Below, one piece after another: positions 58,092 through 64,000 of a DNA stretch of 64,000 nucleotides. The notes beneath the pieces were generated by a model. That model saw nothing but the letters and a program-made list of their open reading frames with translations. It ran no database searches and had not been told where the DNA came from. Source of the stretch: Deltaproteobacteria bacterium (GTDB taxonomy: Bacteria > Desulfobacterota > GWC2-55-46); contig JACRNO010000009.1 of the NCBI GenBank assembly GCA_016234855.1, positions 33,651-97,650 of the forward strand. The letters run 5' to 3'. Position numbers and translations under genes: made by a program. Positions within the stretch are counted from its first letter, which is position 1. Each line of letters starts with the position of its first letter.

Positions 58092-59100
58092 CTAACCCCT
58101 GTCTCCTGAATTCTCCGGCCATAACTTCTTTACCGCCTCAACCACGTCCTCGACCATTATATCCCTCATGCAGCGCGGGTCTGAGCAGGTCTTTTTAAAG
58201 CAGGGCGAGCAGGTCAATTTCTTGCGTATGACCGTGTGTCCCTTGCCGTACGGCCCGGTGCGCCACGGCGCGGTCGGGCCGAAGAGCGCCGCGACGCGGG
58301 TTCCCACTGATGCGGCTATGTGCATGGGCCCGGAGTCCACGGTCACGGCAAAGGCCGCCTTGCGCATGGCCTCCCTCAGCTCTGCAAGGTCAAGCAGGCC
58401 TGCCGCGTTCACGGCCTTCGCGCCTATGGAGGCCGCAAGCGCATCGAGGCTTGCCTTGTCATGCGCGGAGCCTGCAATGACCGCGTGCAGACCGGTCATC
58501 TTGATAATCTTTTTCGCGGCCTCGCCAAACCTCGTGTCGTCCCACGCCTTGGTAGCCCATCTCGTGCGCGGGGCAAGCACGAAGTAGGCGGCGCCTTCCG
58601 GCAGTCCGGCCTCTATGAGTTTGGTCCGGCTGCTGATAGAGGCCTTCAAACGGTTCTGCTTTGCCTGTCACGTGCTGCGCGAGCCTCAGGTATCTCTCGA
58701 TCGCGTGCTGGTTCTGGTCGTAAGGAGGCAGCTTTTCGTTGAGGAAGATATGGCTCATCTCCCGTGCGTTCCTGAAGCCAATCTTCCGTTTGGCCTGCGA
58801 GGCCGCGACCCATGCCCCGCTCTTGAGGAGCCCCTGAAAGTCGATGACCGCGTCATATCTCTGGCTTTGCAGCCATTTGGCCGTCTTGATATTCGCCTTT
58901 GTATTGCGCGTCCAGCCGCGCGGCTGGACGATGACGAGGTTGTTGAGCAGGGGCGAGCGTTTGAGCAGGCCGCTGGCAGGCTCTTCCACGAGCCAGTCGA
59001 TTTGCGCGCGAGGCCCCAGTCCGTGACGCAGCGCGGACAGGGCCGGCATGGTCTGGGCGACGTCGCCTATGGACGATAGTTTTATTATCAGCACCTTCAT
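58092..59100 (-). pseudogene. waaC: LPS heptosyltransferase I-like gene split by a frameshift near 58630-58660
   Basis: N-half IKLSSIGDV...IDWLVEE...DFQGLLKSG (58459-59100 frame); C-half LAPRTRWATKAW...VDSGPMHIA...FGPT...RTGPYG...CSPC (58092-58649 frame). Confidence 0.82.
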
Positions 59101-59639
59101 CTTTCAAGTATCCAGTCGATAGCGTCGGCAAGGTCTTTTGCCACATAGTCCGGCAGGGGCGAGACCTTTTCAAGTTCCGCGTGGCCGTTACCCGTGAGCA
59201 CGAGGACTGCTCTGACGCCGAGGTTGCGGCCAAGTTCAATGTCGATGGCCTTGTCGCCGACGACGAAACCGCGGCTTATCTCGACGCCGTGCTCCGCTGC
59301 TGCCGCCTCGACAAGGCCGGTTGCGGGCTTTCTGCATCTGCAGCCCTCATCCGGCCTGTGCGGGCAGTAATAGGCGCCGTCGAGGCGCGCGCCGGATGCG
59401 GCGAGGAGTTCTATGAGTCGCTCGTTTACCTTTGCGAGCGCGGCCTCGTTGAAAATCCCCCTGTTGACCCCCGACTGGTTGGAGATTACTATGGCCTTGA
59501 CGCCCGCCTCGTTAAGGCGCTTTATGGCCTGCGCGGCGCCGTCTATCAGGCGCACGTCAGCCGGGTCGCCAAGGTATCCCGTGTCTATGTTTATGGTGCC
59601 GTCCCTGTCCAGAAACACGGCTTCCGTTTTAGTTTTCAT
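59097..59639 (-). CDS. gmhB: D-glycero-D-manno-heptose-1,7-bisphosphate phosphatase
   Basis: FLDRDGTIN, ISNQSG, YCPH..DEGCRCRKP, VGDKAID. Confidence 0.94.
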   Translation of the reverse strand: MKTKTEAVFLDRDGTINIDTGYLGDPADVRLIDGAAQAIKRLNEAGVKAIVISNQSGVNRGIFNEAALAKVNERLIELLAASGARLDGAYYCPHRPDEGCRCRKPATGLVEAAAAEHGVEISRGFVVGDKAIDIELGRNLGVRAVLVLTGNGHAELEKVSPLPDYVAKDLADAIDWILER

Positions 59640-59641
59640 GT

Positions 59642-60691
59642 TTATCTCTTACGCGCCTTTTTCATAAGGCCGCATGCCTCGTCCGCAACCGCGTCCGCGT
59701 CTATCTCCGTAAGGCATTTGTAATGTCCGTACCTGCATTCGCGCTTGAAGCACGGGCTGCAATCGATTGATTTTTGAATGACGCTGACGCTCGGGCCGGT
59801 CGGGCCTGTGAGTCCGGCGTCCGTAGAGCCGAAGACAGCCACTGTCGGCACGCCAAGGGCCGCGGCAAGGTGCATCGGCCCGGAGTCGTTGGTGATAAAG
59901 ACCGCGCATTGCGCCATGAGCGCCATGGATTCTCCGAGCGTCAGTTTAGCGCAAAGGTTTACCCGCTCCGGCCAGTCAAGTCCTGTGTAGACGGCATCGC
60001 AGTCCGCTATATCGTCCGGTCCGCCGAAGATTAATATGGCTGCCTTGCGGCGTTTTGCCACGGCGTTGAGCGCATGGGAAAACGCCTTTGCAGGCCAACG
60101 CTTCGCCTGGCCGTAGCTTGCGCCTGGCGCCGCGCCTGCCAAAGGGCGTTTTGCAAGGCCGTGCTCCTTCAGGAAATTCTCCGCCCAACGTTCTTCGCTT
60201 GCCGATATCTTCAGGCGCGGCACTGGCGGTTTCGGCGGCATCTTCGCGCCGAGCGCCTTTACGATATGCAGGTAGTAGAATATCTGGTGCCGTTTTTTGA
60301 TTTCAGGCCCGGCCTTTATCGCCGTGGTAAGGAGCGGCGAGCGCAGGTCGCGGCCGTAGCCCACGCGTTCGGGTATGCCGGAGATGAAGGAGAGAAAGGC
60401 CGCGTCAAACGCGTTCTGAAATAGGACGGCAAGGCCGAACCCTCTTTTTTTAATCTCGCCCGCAAACCTGAGCCTGCCCATTACACCGCGGTGTCTGCCG
60501 CGGTCGTCGTATTCTATGATATCCTTTACATAAGGGGCGTGCTCGAATACCGGCACGACGCGCGGCTTGGCCGCCACAATGACGGGCCTGTCCGGGTAGA
60601 GGCGATGGATGGCCTCGAGCGCCGGAAGGCACATGACCGCGTCCCCTATCCAGTTCGGGACGCGCACCAGTATGGGACTTGTATCCTTCAT
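59642..60691 (-). CDS. waaF: LPS heptosyltransferase II
   Basis: VRVPNWIGDAVM, PGASYGQAKRWP, TNDSGPMHLAAALG, CSPCFKRECRYGH. Confidence 0.92.
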   Translation of the reverse strand: MKDTSPILVRVPNWIGDAVMCLPALEAIHRLYPDRPVIVAAKPRVVPVFEHAPYVKDIIEYDDRGRHRGVMGRLRFAGEIKKRGFGLAVLFQNAFDAAFLSFISGIPERVGYGRDLRSPLLTTAIKAGPEIKKRHQIFYYLHIVKALGAKMPPKPPVPRLKISASEERWAENFLKEHGLAKRPLAGAAPGASYGQAKRWPAKAFSHALNAVAKRRKAAILIFGGPDDIADCDAVYTGLDWPERVNLCAKLTLGESMALMAQCAVFITNDSGPMHLAAALGVPTVAVFGSTDAGLTGPTGPSVSVIQKSIDCSPCFKRECRYGHYKCLTEIDADAVADEACGLMKKARKR

Positions 60692-60780
60692 AAGGCCGCC
60701 GTATCCGTTGCTTAATTGATGCGAGTCTGTCCCAGGCAGGGGAAAGACCCTGGCCCTGAGATAGACCGCAAACCTTTATT

Positions 60781-60808
60781 ATATTATAATTTACGAGGTT
60801 ATTGTCAA
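60781..60808 (-). promoter_or_regulatory. Sigma70 promoter for the LPS core operon
   Basis: Minus strand TTGACA-16 nt-TAATAT. Confidence 0.5.
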
Positions 60809-60879
60809 TAAACTAAGATTGGGCGTCAGGGCAGGGGTAGTATTATCTCGTTTCCGCAGACAAATGCATTGATTGGATA

Positions 60880-63576
60880 ATGGATATGGACTGGTATCAA
60901 AAGACAGCGGAAGAGGTCGTTGCCGGGCTTGGCACGGATGCCTTGGCCGGGCTTGGGACTGATGAGGCGGCTGCAAGGCTTGCGAAGCACGGGCCGAACG
61001 CCCTTGTGGCCGCGAAGAAGGAGAGCCGCGTAGTCAGGTTCCTCCGTCAATTTACGGAATTCATAATCATCGTCCTCATTGGCGCGGCTGTGATAGCCGG
61101 GTTCCTCGGCGAATGGGTCGATGCCGCCGCGATTATGACGATAGTCGTGCTTAACGGCGTAATCGGTTTTGTTCAGGACGAGAAGGCCGAGGCCGTGCTC
61201 GAGGCCCTGAAGAAACTCGCGGCCCCGTCCGCAAAGGTGGTGCGTAACGGCGCGGCGCATACGCTCCCGGCCTTTGAACTCGTGCCCGGCGACGTTATCA
61301 TTGTGGAGGCGGGCGATTCCATACCCGCCGACTGCCGTATCATAAGCTCCCAGTCGCTTCGTATGGACGAGGCATCCCTTACAGGCGAATCTCAGGCCGT
61401 TGGCAAGGACACGGGCGCCTCAGATGCCGTGCTGCCTCTTGCCGACAGGACGAATATGGCGTATATGTCCACGCACGCGGTCTATGGCAGGGGCAGGGCC
61501 GTTGTTGTGGCCACGGGCATGGATACGCAGATAGGCAGGCTTGCCGCTGCCATCCAGCAGGTCGAGGTCGAGCCGACCCCGCTCCAGAAGAGGCTTGCCG
61601 AGTTCGGCAGAAAGCTCGTCTACGCCGCCGGGTTCATCTGCGTCCTTGTATTTATCCTCGGCCTCTTTCACGGCGAGCCTTTGATTGACATGTTCCTTAC
61701 GGCGGTCAGCCTTGCGGTCGCGGCTATACCAGAGGGCCTGCCGGCTGTCGTCACCATCACGCTCGCCCTCGGCGTACAGAGGATGGTCGGAAGAAACGCC
61801 CTTGTAAGAAGACTGCCGTCGGTGGAGACCCTCGGCTCTGCCTCTGTCATAGCATCCGACAAGACCGGCACGCTCACCCAGAACCAGATGACGGTCAGGA
61901 AGCTCTACATACCGGGCCGCGCCGCTATTAACGTCTCCGGCGGCGGGTATGGCCCGCAGGGCGGGTTCTTTGAAGGGGGCGATGAGATGGTCCTGGCCGA
62001 CAGCCCCGGGCTGGTCGCCGCGCTCAAGGCCGGGGTGCTATCGTCAACGGCGGAGCTAAAACAAACGGCGGAAGGCGGCTGGACGGTCGTTGGAGACCCT
62101 ACAGAGGGCGCGCTTTTGGCGGCCGCGCTCAAGGCAGGGATAGGCAGGCAGACGGCCTTGAGCGGACTTACTTTTGTTGGCGAGGCGCCGTTTGATTCCG
62201 AGCGCAAGATGATGACCACGGTCTTTAAAGATAACGGTAACTGGTATTCGTTTACAAAGGGCGCGCCTGAAATCCTCATCAAGGCCTGCACGCATATAAA
62301 CGAGAACGGCGTTGTCAGGCCGATCACCCATGACGATAAAAGACGCATCCTCAGGCAGAACGACGAACTCTCGCAAGAGGCGCTCCGCGTCCTTGGTATC
62401 GCCATGCGCTCGTCAGTAGAGCCGATTGCGGTGCATGACATTTCCAGCCTTGAGAGCGGCCTTGTCTTTCTGGGCTTGGCCGGGATGATAGACCCGCCGC
62501 GCGAGGAGGTCTTTGCCGCCGTTGCAAAGGCGGCCTCGGCAGGCATAACGCCCATTATGATAACCGGCGACCATAAGGTGACTGCCGTTGCCATAGCAAC
62601 CGAGCTCGGCATATATGGGAACGGGGACGCGGCCTTGACAGGCGCGGAACTTGACGCCTTGAGCGAGGGCGAGCTTGCGAACCGGCTTGAGCATATCAAG
62701 GTCTATGCGCGCGCCTCGCCTGAGCACAAGCTCCGGATAGTGCGGGCATGGCGGGCAAAGGGCGAGATAATCGCCATGACCGGAGACGGTGTGAATGACG
62801 CGCCCGCGCTAAAGGAGGCGGATATCGGCGTAGCAATGGGGATAACCGGCACGGACGTCACGAAGGAGGCGGCTGACATGGTATTGACCGACGACAACTT
62901 CGCATCCATCGTATCGGCTGTTGAAGAGGGCAGGGGCATCTTCGCCAATATCAGGAAGGCCGTGCATTTTCTCCTCTCGTGCAATATAGGCGAGATATTC
63001 GTCCTGCTCGCGGCCTCGCTTGCGGGCCTGCCTCTGCCGCTCCTTCCGGTGCAGATACTCTGGACGAACCTCGTCACCGACGGCATGCCCGCCCTCGCCC
63101 TTGCAATGGAGCCGGTTGAAGCGGGCATAATGGACAGGCCGCCGCGTCCGAAGGACGAGGGCATCGTGACCCGTCCGCTCCTCCTCATCATGCTCGTGCA
63201 GGGGCTTATCATCGGGGTATGCACGCTTGCGGCCTACGTTGTCGAGCTTTATATATTCGGCGCATCCACGGGCAGGGCGCGTACCACGGCGTTTGCCGTG
63301 CTCGTCTTCTGCCAGATGTTCCACGTCTACAATTGCCGCTCGATGCTCGGTTCGGCCTTTAACAACGGCATATTCGCCAACAGGACGCTCAATATGGCGG
63401 TCGTGCTGATACTGGCCACGCAACTGCTTATCATCTACGTGCCGGTGCTGCGCGGGATATTTAAGACAGAGGCGCTGGGGTTTACGGACTGGGCAGTCAT
63501 CTTTGCCGCGTCAATTCAGCCGTTGGTGTGGATGGAGGTTGTGAAGGCGGCGTGGCCGAAGGGGAGGAAGATGTAG
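60880..63576 (+). CDS. Cation-transporting P-type ATPase, SERCA-like (P2A)
   Basis: DEASLTGES, AVAAIPEGLPAVVT, DKTGTLT, SCNIGE, WTNLVTDGMPALAL; start at 60880 or 60886. Confidence 0.93.
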   Translation: MDMDWYQKTAEEVVAGLGTDALAGLGTDEAAARLAKHGPNALVAAKKESRVVRFLRQFTEFIIIVLIGAAVIAGFLGEWVDAAAIMTIVVLNGVIGFVQDEKAEAVLEALKKLAAPSAKVVRNGAAHTLPAFELVPGDVIIVEAGDSIPADCRIISSQSLRMDEASLTGESQAVGKDTGASDAVLPLADRTNMAYMSTHAVYGRGRAVVVATGMDTQIGRLAAAIQQVEVEPTPLQKRLAEFGRKLVYAAGFICVLVFILGLFHGEPLIDMFLTAVSLAVAAIPEGLPAVVTITLALGVQRMVGRNALVRRLPSVETLGSASVIASDKTGTLTQNQMTVRKLYIPGRAAINVSGGGYGPQGGFFEGGDEMVLADSPGLVAALKAGVLSSTAELKQTAEGGWTVVGDPTEGALLAAALKAGIGRQTALSGLTFVGEAPFDSERKMMTTVFKDNGNWYSFTKGAPEILIKACTHINENGVVRPITHDDKRRILRQNDELSQEALRVLGIAMRSSVEPIAVHDISSLESGLVFLGLAGMIDPPREEVFAAVAKAASAGITPIMITGDHKVTAVAIATELGIYGNGDAALTGAELDALSEGELANRLEHIKVYARASPEHKLRIVRAWRAKGEIIAMTGDGVNDAPALKEADIGVAMGITGTDVTKEAADMVLTDDNFASIVSAVEEGRGIFANIRKAVHFLLSCNIGEIFVLLAASLAGLPLPLLPVQILWTNLVTDGMPALALAMEPVEAGIMDRPPRPKDEGIVTRPLLLIMLVQGLIIGVCTLAAYVVELYIFGASTGRARTTAFAVLVFCQMFHVYNCRSMLGSAFNNGIFANRTLNMAVVLILATQLLIIYVPVLRGIFKTEALGFTDWAVIFAASIQPLVWMEVVKAAWPKGRKM

Positions 63577-63719
63577 GTTGGGTTGAGCGTAGCGAAGCCC
63601 ATCGGATGAGACGGTGCAAATTGTTGATGGGCTTCGTGCATCAGGCATCTTACGGGCTGTCGATTTGTTGGACGCTGGAGCGTCCACAACTGCGTTCCCA
63701 CGCCGGAGCGTGGGAACGA
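63574..63719. repeat. Cluster of REP-like palindromes
   Basis: gtaggttgggttgagcgtagcgaagcccatc ... gatgggcttcg; ggacgctggagcgtcc; cgttcccacgccggagcgtgggaacg. Confidence 0.75.
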
Positions 63720-63762
63720 TAAAAAATTTCGAGTTTGATCAGCCGTCGTCGGAGGTCCTGAA

Positions 63763-64000
63763 ATGAAAAAAGTATCTTTTTAATTTTCTTTACCACCATA
63801 CTTACACTACCCACTTTAGCTGAAAGCGCTGGAAGTGGCTATCCTGCACCAATATATAAAAACTGTAGTGACACACAGAAAGATGCTATAGACGAGGCTT
63901 ACGGAAAATTAACCAAAGCCATTGACAATCCCGCTACAAGTATAGGCTCTGACCTCAGCGCTAAACTTAAAGAGAGATTAACGGAGGGGACAAGGGCCGT
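63763..64000 (+). pseudogene. Secreted protein gene (partial) with a 1-nt frameshift in the signal-peptide region
   Basis: GGAGG RBS, ATG AAA AAA GTA TCT TTT TAA; the -1 frame continues LIFFTTILTLPTLAESAGSGYPAPIYKNCSD... and stays open to the window end. Confidence 0.65.

Noticed and set aside
60720-60770. GAAA-loop hairpin in the waaF leader as a possible riboswitch
   Set aside because: Single imperfect stem with no matching aptamer consensus
63576-63722. Small ORFs 63516-63701 and 63528-63722
   Set aside because: Translations of REP palindromes (VERSEAH, RSHAGAWER), not supported as proteins

Overview
GC-rich (spot counts about 65-70% in core genes) Gram-negative bacterial chromosome segment. 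Gene content and order (DUF4416-yicC-gmk-rpoZ, short class I QueF, split heptose kinase) suggest a deltaproteobacterial-type lineage; this is an inference. 1-18.9 kb: ABC-transporter-dependent (Wzm/Wzt) surface polysaccharide locus. It has an acetyltransferase, several methyltransferases (one frameshifted), a 1397-aa four-domain glycosyltransferase, an NKWYS-type sulfotransferase-like protein, a galE scar and a GDP-D-rhamnose pathway (gmd, rmd, manC). 19-39 kb: NSS transporter plus an unannotated 32-aa partner, DUF2062, PcrA, a REC-PilZ gene bracketed by inverted REP-like blocks, a Na+,K+-ATPase-like (P2C-type) pump fused to a PTS EIIA domain and divergent from an orphan NarL regulator, a SPOR protein, QueF, DsrE, an Opp/Dpp ABC importer and an ankyrin lipoprotein. 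39.5-60.7 kb (minus strand): large LPS core operon (five GT9 genes including waaF and a frameshifted waaC, gmhB, heptose kinase, GT39/flippase/PAP2 module) running into yicC-gmk-rpoZ. 60.9-64 kb: SERCA-type P2A ATPase and a secreted-protein gene broken by a homopolymer frameshift. Intergenic spaces hold several REP/MITE-like palindromic families, some nested. No rRNA, tRNA, CRISPR array or intact transposase was seen. Best candidates for novelty: the EIIA-fused Na/K-ATPase-like pump, and two putative glycan-capping enzymes sharing one C-terminal docking motif but with different coiled-coil lengths. Several small lesions could be assembly errors and need read-level checks.
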